Shown here one piece after another: positions 9,724 through 18,540 of a DNA stretch of 64,000 nt; the stretch's first letter is position 1; every line of letters starts with the position of its first letter. A program made the position numbers and the translations under genes. Below the pieces are notes generated by a model. The model saw nothing but the letters and a program-made list of their open reading frames with translations. It did not search any database and was not told where the DNA came from. The stretch spans positions 70,066-134,065 of the forward strand of contig JACROF010000012.1 in assembly GCA_016214555.1 (NCBI GenBank), written 5' to 3'. Origin of the DNA: Candidatus Levyibacteriota bacterium. Lineage in GTDB: Bacteria > Patescibacteriota > Microgenomatia > Levybacterales > UBA12049.

Positions 9724-11241
9724 ATGACCTATACCAGGTATTATACTATACAGAGGTCTATTATGAATGAAAATGTAATTTTTTCAAAACTATCACCCGG
9801 GGAAAAGCCTTTGCAAGCGATTGCACCACAGCCAGAAGTTCCTGTTTCTAGTCCCCCTCCTAAATCTTCTCTGCCACCTGCCTCCCCGCAGCCTCCTCCT
9901 CCCGCTCAGGTAGCTGCTCCTTCTTTGCCAAAACCCCAACCATCTTCTCCTATTAAAAAGATTGCAAAAATTATAGCAATGTTAGCGATACTACTCATAG
10001 CTATTTTTCTTATTATTAAATTTGTTTTCCCACTTTTCTCTCAGAAGGATAAAGACAAAAAAGTCACTTTAGTCTATTGGGGATTGTTTGAAAATCAGCA
10101 GGTGATGAATTCACTCATTAATGATTTTCATAGAGAAAACCCAAACATCACCATTACCTATGTACAGAAAGACATAAAACAATATAGGCAAAGCCTTATG
10201 ACACAAATTCAAAATGGGAGTGGGCCAGATGTTTTTCGATTTCATAATTCATGGGTTGGGATGATGAAATCATCACTTTCACCTTTAACCTCAGAGGTAA
10301 TAACTCCTGAGGATTTTAAAAATAATTATTTTAATGTAATCCAGCAAGATCTAACAAGAAATGGAGCTCTTTATGGCATTCCGTTAGGACTAGACATACT
10401 TTCTCTTTATGTAAATACTGATCTGCTTGAGGCAGGAGGAGATAATGTGCCGCAGACCTGGGATGAGTTTATTAGGGTTGCAAAAGACCGTCTAGTTAAG
10501 GATAGTGAGGGAAAAATACGAACTGCTGGAGCTGCCATGGGGACATTTGATAACGTATCTCATGCGCCTGACATTATTGCTCTTCTTATGGCACAAAATG
10601 GAACAAATTTTTCAAATTTTTCATCCACCATAGAGAATGCTAGTCAGGCCTTAGAATTTTATACTGCATTTGCGAAAGATGAAGGAAGTGTTTGGGACGA
10701 CACCTTGGATTCATCCACAGTTGCATTTGCGAAAGGTAATTTAGCCATGTACTTTGGCTATTCATGGGATATTTTTATCATTAAGAATCTTAATCCTGAT
10801 TTAAAATTTAGCGTAAATCCTGTCCCCAATCTTCCAGGGAGGAAGCTTGCAATGGCAAGTTATTGGGTCGAAGGAGTTTCAGCAAAAAGTAAAAATCAAC
10901 AAGCAGCCATGAAATTCATGAATTATCTTACAAAAAAAGAGACATTACAAAAATTTTATGCTGAGGCATCAAAAACAAGATTATTTGGCGAGGCTTATCC
11001 AAGAAAGGATCTTGCGCAAAGCCTTTTGTCACAGCAGTATTTGGCATCAATAGTAGAACAGGCTGATTATGCAACATCCTCATATTTTATGAGTGATACC
11101 TATGATGATGGGATAAATTCACAGATGAATATTTATCTTGGTGATGCAGTAAGATCAATTCACAACACTACGTCTCCCCAAACCGCAGTTGAGGCCCTTG
11201 CTCAGGGTGTAAATCAGGTGCTCTCAAAGTATGGGAGATAG
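9724..11241 (+). CDS. ABC transporter extracellular solute-binding protein (family 1) with Pro-rich N-terminal linker and TM anchor
   Basis: 505 aa. Polyproline/PS-rich N-terminus (PPPKSSLPPASPQPPPPAQ), a TM helix, then VTLVYWGLFENQ...ITITYVQ, typical of the SBP_bac_1 fold. Confidence 0.75.
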   Translation: MTYTRYYTIQRSIMNENVIFSKLSPGEKPLQAIAPQPEVPVSSPPPKSSLPPASPQPPPPAQVAAPSLPKPQPSSPIKKIAKIIAMLAILLIAIFLIIKFVFPLFSQKDKDKKVTLVYWGLFENQQVMNSLINDFHRENPNITITYVQKDIKQYRQSLMTQIQNGSGPDVFRFHNSWVGMMKSSLSPLTSEVITPEDFKNNYFNVIQQDLTRNGALYGIPLGLDILSLYVNTDLLEAGGDNVPQTWDEFIRVAKDRLVKDSEGKIRTAGAAMGTFDNVSHAPDIIALLMAQNGTNFSNFSSTIENASQALEFYTAFAKDEGSVWDDTLDSSTVAFAKGNLAMYFGYSWDIFIIKNLNPDLKFSVNPVPNLPGRKLAMASYWVEGVSAKSKNQQAAMKFMNYLTKKETLQKFYAEASKTRLFGEAYPRKDLAQSLLSQQYLASIVEQADYATSSYFMSDTYDDGINSQMNIYLGDAVRSIHNTTSPQTAVEALAQGVNQVLSKYGR

Positions 11242-12106
11242 TGAAAAAGCGATTCTTCGCACCCTTATTTATAGCGATTGCTTCTCTTCTCCGCTTTCAT
11301 ATGAGGAATTATATATATATTTTCATGGCAGCAAAAAAATTACCAAACGTGTTTTTGAGAGATCATTAAAAGATGTTGAAGAATTTATATTAGCAGAAAA
11401 AGGCTTATATACCCTTCGTGGATCAAGGGTTAATATTGAAAAAAGACTGATGCTTGCCTCGGAAAATGAAAGAAAAAACAGAATTGCATTATCGATGGCA
11501 AGACTTTTATCGAGTATCCCAACAATACAATTTATTGGAGTTACAGGCAGTCTTGCTGTAAAAAATGCTTCTGCAGCAGATGATATTGATTTTTTTATCA
11601 TAACTAAGAATCATGCTCTTTATATAACTCGTTTGTTATCGCTTTTTCTTCTTCAGCTATGGGGAAGAAGAAGAAAAAAAATAGAGAGCAACCCAAAGGA
11701 TAAAATTTGCATAAATATGTTTGTTACGATGAGAGGCATTGCAAGCCTTGGTAATGAAAAGAATATCTATAAAGCAAGAGAAATAGCACAAATTAAGCCG
11801 TTATTTGATAGGGATAATACTTATGAGCAATTATTGAAGCAAAATAAGTGGGTTTATACATTTTTACCCAATTTTTTTCCAAAGACAACACCCTATACAA
11901 AAAAGAGTAGTAGTGTGAGTAACATAGTGATGTTTTTTGAAATCCCTGCTAGGGCATTACAAGTGCGCAAATTTAAGTTTGGTAAAAAATCTATGGAAGA
12001 TGATAAGCTTATTTTTTATCCAAAAAGTCGAAATAAATCAATTCAACAATGCTTTTTGAAAAGATTACTATTCTATAGTAAATACTATAGCATAGATTCT
12101 CTTTAG
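11231..12106 (+). CDS. hypothetical protein with Pol-beta-type nucleotidyltransferase fold motif
   Basis: 291 aa. GVTGSLAVKNASAADDIDFFII matches the hG(G/S)...DhDh minimal NTase motif. Overlaps the upstream gene by 11 nt. Confidence 0.5.
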   Translation: MGDSEKAILRTLIYSDCFSSPLSYEELYIYFHGSKKITKRVFERSLKDVEEFILAEKGLYTLRGSRVNIEKRLMLASENERKNRIALSMARLLSSIPTIQFIGVTGSLAVKNASAADDIDFFIITKNHALYITRLLSLFLLQLWGRRRKKIESNPKDKICINMFVTMRGIASLGNEKNIYKAREIAQIKPLFDRDNTYEQLLKQNKWVYTFLPNFFPKTTPYTKKSSSVSNIVMFFEIPARALQVRKFKFGKKSMEDDKLIFYPKSRNKSIQQCFLKRLLFYSKYYSIDSL

Positions 12107-12149
12107 TATTTAGAGTGTAATACACATATATAGGATGAATTGAAAAATA

Positions 12150-12178
12150 TTGACAATTATTTTTATATTCTTTATACT
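12150..12178 (+). promoter_or_regulatory. sigma70-type promoter (TTGACA -17- TATACT) for greA leader
   Basis: ttgaca at 12150-12155, 17-nt spacer, tatact at 12173-12178. This is a perfect -35 and a near-consensus -10. Confidence 0.45.
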
Positions 12179-12195
12179 TTTCTCTGAATTAAGAC

Positions 12196-12233
12196 ATCTC
12201 TCCCAACAAATTACAGGAGAGATTTTCTTTTAT
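12196..12233 (+). terminator. intrinsic terminator-like hairpin plus T-tract inside the greA leader (possible attenuator / short leader RNA)
   Basis: atctctcc-caacaaattaca-ggagagat forms an 8-bp stem, followed by tttcttttat. It lies ~20 nt downstream of the predicted TSS and 10 nt upstream of the greA ATG. Confidence 0.4.
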
Positions 12234-12243
12234 AAATAATATT

Positions 12244-12717
12244 ATGGATAGTAAAAAAATTTATCTTACAAAAAGTGGACTTGAAGATCTGAAAAAAGAA
12301 CATGAAGAGCTTGTTAAGACTAAGCGACCCGAAGTGGTAACAAGAGTTTCTGATGCAAGAAATCAAGGTGATCTCTCTGAGAATGCAGAGTATGTCGCAG
12401 CAAGAGAAGAGTTATCTTTTATTGACGGTAGAATCGATGAGCTCGAAGAGCTTCTTAAGCAGGTATCGCTTATTAATGAAGTTCATGGGGCCAATGCTCA
12501 TTCTGCAATTGAGCTTGGATCTGAAGTTACATTAAAAATTGATGGAAAAAAAGAGATATATAGAGTTGTGGGAGAATGGGAAGCAGATCCTGCAGAGAGA
12601 AAAATTTCCCATGAATCTCCTTTGGGTAAAGCATTGTTGGGAAAGAAGATTGGAGAAAGCGTTGAAGTCTCAGCACCAGCTGGAAAAATTCTTTACACCA
12701 TTGTCTCCATCAGTTAA
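12244..12717 (+). CDS. greA: transcription elongation factor GreA
   Basis: 157 aa. N-terminal coiled-coil with DLSENAEY (acidic tip D-x-x-E) and a C-terminal FKBP-like domain. Canonical GreA. Confidence 0.9.
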   Translation: MDSKKIYLTKSGLEDLKKEHEELVKTKRPEVVTRVSDARNQGDLSENAEYVAAREELSFIDGRIDELEELLKQVSLINEVHGANAHSAIELGSEVTLKIDGKKEIYRVVGEWEADPAERKISHESPLGKALLGKKIGESVEVSAPAGKILYTIVSIS

Positions 12718-12737
12718 TATCCATATACTCATAACAG

Positions 12738-13691
12738 ATGCGTATTCGTGAGTCAGTTCCTCTTTCTGAGATTGTTTATTACCATATCGGTGGAATAGCC
12801 CGATTCGTGATTGAGGTTTATAACCTTGAAGAAATTAGAGAAGCAATTAATTTTCTCAGATCCCACCACGAGGTTAAGATTTATATACTAGGACTTGGGT
12901 CAAACACGCTTTTTCCTGATGATTGCTCAACACTAGGTGTCATCTGGTTAAGAGAATCAGGAGCTATTTCATTTCAAGATGAGAGCATCACTGCTTTTGC
13001 AGGAGAGAGTTTGGACTCGATTATTACATTTTCGCTCAATAATAAACAAGTCGGCCTTGAATGGGCTGGAGGATTACCTAGCACTATCGGTGGTGCAGTA
13101 AGGGGAAATGCAGGAGCATTTGGTTCGGAGATAAAAAACAATGTTATCAGCGTTGATGCAATTGACATGTCTGATTCAAAGCTATTGCTAAAGTCTTACT
13201 CCAAAGATGAATGCGGATTTTCTTACAGGAACAGCTATTTCAAGCAGAATTCTAATCTTTTGATTACCTCAGTAGTTCTTGCCACCAAGAATGCAGATGA
13301 AATTGTGTTAAAAAATGCTAAAAATACTTATCTGAAAAATATTGATTATCGAGCTAATAATCATCCTATAGAATATCCATCGTGTGGATCTGTTTTTAAA
13401 AATATTGTTAAAAAGGAAGAGGTGGAAAAAATTATATCTGTATGGACTGACGTCAAAAGCTTATCAGAAAGCAGGTGGCATAACAAAATATCCATGGGTT
13501 ATGTTATCAATCGTTTAGGTTTTTCTGGGAAAAAAGTTGGAGATGCTATGATTTCACCAAAGCACACAAATTATATTGTGAATTTAGGTCATGCAACAGC
13601 TCAAGATGTTAGAATCCTTATAGACCAAGTTAGGGAGAGTTTTTACCATGTTTTTGGATTTTATCCTGAACCAGAAGTCATCATTTTATAG
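12738..13691 (+). CDS. murB: UDP-N-acetylenolpyruvoylglucosamine reductase MurB
   Basis: 317 aa. YHIGGIARF and LGLGSNTLF FAD-binding motifs, and a C-terminal MurB domain. Confidence 0.85.
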   Translation: MRIRESVPLSEIVYYHIGGIARFVIEVYNLEEIREAINFLRSHHEVKIYILGLGSNTLFPDDCSTLGVIWLRESGAISFQDESITAFAGESLDSIITFSLNNKQVGLEWAGGLPSTIGGAVRGNAGAFGSEIKNNVISVDAIDMSDSKLLLKSYSKDECGFSYRNSYFKQNSNLLITSVVLATKNADEIVLKNAKNTYLKNIDYRANNHPIEYPSCGSVFKNIVKKEEVEKIISVWTDVKSLSESRWHNKISMGYVINRLGFSGKKVGDAMISPKHTNYIVNLGHATAQDVRILIDQVRESFYHVFGFYPEPEVIIL

Positions 13692-13740
13692 CTACAAATA
13701 GCCTCTTATCCAAATTCACTTCCCGTAGTATAATACGCAT

Positions 13741-15264
13741 ATGTTTTGGGCAGATAAAATTGCTAAAGAAATTATTGCGTCAGGAAAACACAAACCATAT
13801 TGGGTAGATGACATGAAGACACCCTCTGGAAGAGTTCATGTTGGTGCATTGCTAGGTGTTGTTATCCATGATCTAGTTTTTAGAGCATTAAAAGATACAG
13901 GCGCTGACGTCGTATATACGTATGTTTTTGAGAATCATGATCCTATGGATGATATACCTTCCTATCTCCCAAGAGAAAAATTTGAAAAATATTTAGGTAT
14001 GCCACTTTTTGCAATCCCTTCCCCTGTTGATGGGTACGAAAACTTTGCGCAGTATTATGCATTGGAATTTAAGCAAGCTTTTAATTCTATCGGTAGCCAT
14101 CCTAAAATTTTATGGACAAAAGATCTTTACACAAGCGGTAAAATGAATAAAAGTATCAAGCTTATTTTAGATAACGCATCAGAGGTCAGAAAAATTTATC
14201 AGGAGATGTACAAGAAGGAGATCGCTGATGACTGGTACCCATTCCAGGTGTTTTGTGAGACTTGTGGAAAGGTTTCAACTACTCGTGTCTATCATTGGGA
14301 CGGAGAAAATGTGCACTATACATGTACAGTAGATGCTGTAGCATGGACTAAAGGTTGTGGATACGAGGGGAAAACTTCTCCCTTTAGTGATGATAAGGGA
14401 ATGAAGGGTAAGATGCCATGGAAAGTAGAGTGGGCAGCAAAATGGCAAGCAATCGGGGTGACTGTTGAGGGAGCTGGAAAAGATCATATGAGCAGAGGGG
14501 GCTCTCATGATCTAGCAAGTCTTATTGCAGAGAGAGTGCTTAATTATCCTGTGCCTTATCCAGTTGGATATGAATTTATGCTTATCGGAGGGAAAAAAAT
14601 GTCATCCTCAAAAGGAAGAGGATTCGCTGCAGCAGATATCGTTACGATTCTTCCCCCAGAGCTTGTTCGTTTTCTGATTGTGAGAATGAATATTCGTCAA
14701 CAAACAAACTTTGATCCAAGTGATGGTGATACAGTACCGCGATTGTTTGATGACTATCAAGAATGCGCGCGCCATTACTTTGAAGATAAGACAGATGACG
14801 AAGCTCGTATCTTTGAGTTGTCACAAGTAGATGGTGTTAAAAAACCACCATCAATCCGTTTTTCTACTCTTGCTCAATGGGTTCAGATGCCCAACATGGA
14901 GTTTGCAATTAAAGATCAAGGACTTGAGGAGTGGGCGCAGTATGCGAGAATTTGGGTTGAGCGTTTTGCATCAGACTCAGAAAGATTTATCATACAAGAA
15001 AATACTCCGTCTGCAGCTAAAGATTTATCTGAGCAGCAAAAGAAGTTTCTTCATGCTGTTGTAGATCTTTTGCATACCACATCAGATGCTGAAAGTTTTC
15101 AGAAAGAAATATATCTAAAGGCAAAGGAGATGGATATTTCTTCAAAAGAGGCATTTAGCTCGATATATATTGCGCTTTTAGGTAAATCTTCAGGACCAAA
15201 GGCAGGGTGGCTTATTTTATCACTTGATAAAGAATTTGTTCAAAAGAGATTTAAGTCTTTATAA
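13741..15264 (+). CDS. lysS: lysyl-tRNA synthetase, class I (archaeal-type LysRS)
   Basis: 507 aa. Class I architecture with GRVHVGALLG (HIGH-like) and a KMSSSKG (KMSKS) motif, plus an internal CxxC...C metal-binding cluster (CETCGKV...HYTCTVD). This is not the class II LysRS. Confidence 0.85.
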   Translation: MFWADKIAKEIIASGKHKPYWVDDMKTPSGRVHVGALLGVVIHDLVFRALKDTGADVVYTYVFENHDPMDDIPSYLPREKFEKYLGMPLFAIPSPVDGYENFAQYYALEFKQAFNSIGSHPKILWTKDLYTSGKMNKSIKLILDNASEVRKIYQEMYKKEIADDWYPFQVFCETCGKVSTTRVYHWDGENVHYTCTVDAVAWTKGCGYEGKTSPFSDDKGMKGKMPWKVEWAAKWQAIGVTVEGAGKDHMSRGGSHDLASLIAERVLNYPVPYPVGYEFMLIGGKKMSSSKGRGFAAADIVTILPPELVRFLIVRMNIRQQTNFDPSDGDTVPRLFDDYQECARHYFEDKTDDEARIFELSQVDGVKKPPSIRFSTLAQWVQMPNMEFAIKDQGLEEWAQYARIWVERFASDSERFIIQENTPSAAKDLSEQQKKFLHAVVDLLHTTSDAESFQKEIYLKAKEMDISSKEAFSSIYIALLGKSSGPKAGWLILSLDKEFVQKRFKSL

Positions 15265-15315
15265 GATTGTCAGCTTGATTACTTCGTGTTATAGTATCAA
15301 TCTATTGTTTTGTAC

Positions 15316-16170
15316 ATGAAGCGAGCGCTATTTATTCTTATCCCATCTTTTGTTTTGGCTCTTGCTATGTTTCTTATTGTTCAGTCGGTTTTTTTCCACG
15401 GAAATGATAAAGGGGCATTACAGGTTACAGCATCTCCTCAAAGCAAAGTCTATCTAAGCGGTAAGTATCTTGGGCAAACACCTCTTTGTAAGTGTAACGC
15501 GAACGATATGCTAAAAATAGGTGAATACACTATAAAAATAGTGCCAATGAGTGGGAAAAGTAGTGAGTTCCAGGAAAAAATAAAGATTTCAAAATCCATT
15601 CTCACTGTTGTCGATCGAAAATTTGGTGAAAATGCTACCTCAGAGGGAAGTGTAATTACGCTCCAGCAGGCATCAGATGGTAAAAGAGAGCTTCTTGTTA
15701 CCTCAATACCTGATAAGGCAGAGGTTTTTCTCGATAATTCCTCATCAGGTTTTACTCCGCTTTTATTAAAAGATGTTACAGAATCAGACCATGAATTACT
15801 TTTAAAAAAAAGTGGTTACTCAGACAAGAAAATAAGAGTCAGGACGCCAAGTGGCTATAGACTTCTTGCAAGGATATATATGGGAATTCATATTGGTGAG
15901 TCGTTAGAATCTTTGGTTTCGCCTACACCAGTAAAAGTGTCCTCACCATCTGCTACACCTACACCACTTCTGCAGCAGATTATTATCCTCCAAACACCGA
16001 CGGGATATTTACGAGTTAGACAGAGTAATAGCGTTTCATCTTCCGAGGTGGGTCGTGTCTTGCCTGGGAAGGTATTTTCTATACTTTCAGAAAAAGAAGG
16101 ATGGTACCAAATATCACTAGATGATGGAATAAAAGGCTGGGTTAGCGGAGATTATGCAAAAAAACAATAA
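15316..16170 (+). CDS. membrane-anchored PEGA-domain / SH3b-domain protein
   Basis: N-terminal TM helix. PEGA-like segments (VTASPQSKVYLSGKYLGQTPL; TSIPDKAEVFLDNSSSGFTPL) and a C-terminal SH3b-like domain (GYLRVRQ...GWYQISLDDGIKGWVSGDY). ATG at 15316; the track's 15310 start is TTG. Confidence 0.6.
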   Translation: MKRALFILIPSFVLALAMFLIVQSVFFHGNDKGALQVTASPQSKVYLSGKYLGQTPLCKCNANDMLKIGEYTIKIVPMSGKSSEFQEKIKISKSILTVVDRKFGENATSEGSVITLQQASDGKRELLVTSIPDKAEVFLDNSSSGFTPLLLKDVTESDHELLLKKSGYSDKKIRVRTPSGYRLLARIYMGIHIGESLESLVSPTPVKVSSPSATPTPLLQQIIILQTPTGYLRVRQSNSVSSSEVGRVLPGKVFSILSEKEGWYQISLDDGIKGWVSGDYAKKQ

Positions 16171-17115
16171 CTAAGCATGGATAACGTAGATAATAACGAT
16201 GACTAGAAATGCCCAAAGCATTACTGTTGCCAAGAGAGGTTTGTCTGAAAGAAGAACTTTTTCAGGACTCTCTCCTTCGTGTTTTTCGTAGATATCTTGG
16301 AGATACCTCATTAATCCATAAACCACTGGAACAATTGTTATCATGAGCCATTTTCTTTGAAGAAATGCAGGCAAATAATCGGGAAAAAAAAGATCATTTG
16401 TTATAAGAGCCCTTCGCGAATTTTCTAAAAATGTAAAGTAAGAATATGAAATAAACGTTGACGTTGCAAAAATTGAAGCATAGACATCCAAAAGTCTTTC
16501 TGAGTAGTGAGAAAGAGTTTTTCTCATGGCAGCAATTTGACTACTAGGGCTTTGTGAAACAAGCGTAAGTTCTGACCTCCTTTTTCCAATAGCTAGAAAT
16601 AGCGAGAGTGAGATTGCAGTAAGCAACAACCATACAGAAATGTGATACGTTGTTAAAAATTCGCCTGCGTAGACGCGAAGGATGTATCCTCCAGCAAGGG
16701 CAAGAATATCAATAACAGCTATGTTCTTGAATATGGCAGAGTAGGAGATCTGAAGTATAAAGTACACAAGCGCAATGATAAAGAAGGCGGGGGAGATAAA
16801 ATAGCTGCTGACTATCGCTGTGGAAGCTAGGATAAGAGCTAATGCAACTGCGGATTGAACAGATATGTCTTTGTTTGCGAGAGGTCTGAATTTTTTAAAA
16901 GGATGAAGTCTATCTTTCTTAACATCGAAAATGTCATTGATTACATAGATTGATGATGAGAGACAACAGAAAATAATAAATCCAAATATAACTGTAGTAA
17001 GAATAGAGGGAATAAATAATTGTCCACCAAATGTTATCGCGGCGAATACTGCAAGGTTTTTAATCCATTGTCTTGGCCTAAGTAGTCTTAGATAATCACG
17101 AGCTATCTTTTTCAT
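16171..17115 (-). CDS. UbiA-family prenyltransferase (decaprenyl-phosphate phosphoribosyltransferase-like)
   Basis: 314 aa, 8-9 TM helices. NDIFDVKKD matches the NDxxDxxxD UbiA active-site motif. RPRQWIKN N-terminal motif is typical of DPPR synthase-like UbiA members. Confidence 0.8.
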   Translation of the reverse strand: MKKIARDYLRLLRPRQWIKNLAVFAAITFGGQLFIPSILTTVIFGFIIFCCLSSSIYVINDIFDVKKDRLHPFKKFRPLANKDISVQSAVALALILASTAIVSSYFISPAFFIIALVYFILQISYSAIFKNIAVIDILALAGGYILRVYAGEFLTTYHISVWLLLTAISLSLFLAIGKRRSELTLVSQSPSSQIAAMRKTLSHYSERLLDVYASIFATSTFISYSYFTFLENSRRALITNDLFFPDYLPAFLQRKWLMITIVPVVYGLMRYLQDIYEKHEGESPEKVLLSDKPLLATVMLWAFLVIVIIYVIHA

Positions 17116-18166
17116 GACTATATCTTACACTAAAGTGTAAGAAAAGTAATGCTCCTCCCACTATCGCAAGTAGGACTAGAAGAGCAAACGGCTTACTTTC
17201 ACTTTTTAACGTGAGTGCAATTGTGCCAACTATAGCAGAGAAGCACCAATAAAACAACGCAATCTGTCTTTGGCTATATCCAAATCTTAGTAAAATATGA
17301 TGAAGATGTTTGTTGTCATGGAGAAAAGGCGACTTCCCTGATAGTATTCTTCTTACAATAGTAAATATGGCGTCAATTATTGGAATCCCCATTACCAAAA
17401 TCGCAGTAGCAAATTTTGCGCTTGATAGAATAGACACCACTGCAAGTAGGAGATACATGCTGGTTGCTCCGTATCCTGGGAATATCTTGGCGGGTGAGAA
17501 ATTAAAAACTAAGAATCCAAGGGCTGCTCCTGCAATGATAAATGAGAGATTTGCGTCAATGAATACATAGTTGTCTACGAAAGGAAAACGAAGACTGAGG
17601 ATGCCAATAACTATTGCAGATATTGCCACGATTCCAGGCATCTGACCATCAATCCCCTTGCTCCAGTTAAGCATATTCATAACCCAAATTATCCAAATTC
17701 CCGCGATAATATCTCCAAGGGTTATGTGAAAAGGAAGAATGGGGATAGTAAGATGAAGAATTCCTCCAAGAGGATGGGTAATAAAGGGTATTGTTACACC
17801 ACTACCTACAACAATCGCTGCGCATAGAATGTTTACTCCAAATCGTAGATAAGGAGAAATGTCTCGCGACTTAGCGTTGTAGTAATCATCAAGCACGCCT
17901 ATGATAAGTGAAAGAAGGCTAGCTAAAAAGATTCCAATAGTCACTTTTGATACTGGGATAAAAAATATGCTAACTAAAAAAATACCTAAAAATAAAGGAA
18001 TCCCTCCGCTTCGAGGAATTATTTTTGTATGAATTATTCCTGGATGTTTGTGAAGCTTAGGGTCATCAACGAGGCCCAGTCGCCTAATAATAGGGATTGA
18101 GAAATACGTAATAATCGCTGTAATAAAGAAAGTTAAAGCAAATGGGAGCAATATGGTAAACGTCAT
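17096..18166 (-). CDS. glycosyltransferase family 4 polyprenyl-phosphate sugar-1-phosphate transferase (MraY/WecA family)
   Basis: 356 aa polytopic membrane protein. NMLNWSKGIDGQ matches NxxNxxDGxDGL of MraY/WecA. Cannot distinguish MraY from WecA from sequence alone; there is no dcw context. Confidence 0.8.
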   Translation of the reverse strand: MTFTILLPFALTFFITAIITYFSIPIIRRLGLVDDPKLHKHPGIIHTKIIPRSGGIPLFLGIFLVSIFFIPVSKVTIGIFLASLLSLIIGVLDDYYNAKSRDISPYLRFGVNILCAAIVVGSGVTIPFITHPLGGILHLTIPILPFHITLGDIIAGIWIIWVMNMLNWSKGIDGQMPGIVAISAIVIGILSLRFPFVDNYVFIDANLSFIIAGAALGFLVFNFSPAKIFPGYGATSMYLLLAVVSILSSAKFATAILVMGIPIIDAIFTIVRRILSGKSPFLHDNKHLHHILLRFGYSQRQIALFYWCFSAIVGTIALTLKSESKPFALLVLLAIVGGALLFLHFSVRYSHEKDSS

Positions 18167-18168
18167 AG

Positions 18169-18540
18169 TTATAAAATAAGCTGAATTGTCTTAAAGACAA
18201 AGATTGTAGTAAGGGTTGACATAAGGAGCGATGACAGGTTAAGCATTCGACCAAGCATCGCAGATCGTTCATAGATAACATGAGTCAATACAATATTTGT
18301 TATTAGATAAATAAAGCTGAATCCTACTGGAATAAGAATTCCAATTTTTGTTACCAATCTTTCTGTTCCCCATGGGAGCTGGTTGAAGATTGGTATAACA
18401 GGAGGAAGGAGTGAGTAGGTAAAGACAATAAACAAGATACTAAGAAATAAAAAAACCGTAGACAGAATTATAGACCACCAAATAGCTTTGTCTAATGAAA
18501 GTTTTTTAATGTAAGTTTTCATAAATATCAGCATTTCCAA
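18169..18540 (-). CDS. small polytopic membrane protein, unknown function
   Basis: 123 aa, 3 predicted TM helices, within the glycosyltransferase cluster. No recognisable motif. Confidence 0.4.
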   Translation of the reverse strand: MEMLIFMKTYIKKLSLDKAIWWSIILSTVFLFLSILFIVFTYSLLPPVIPIFNQLPWGTERLVTKIGILIPVGFSFIYLITNIVLTHVIYERSAMLGRMLNLSSLLMSTLTTIFVFKTIQLIL

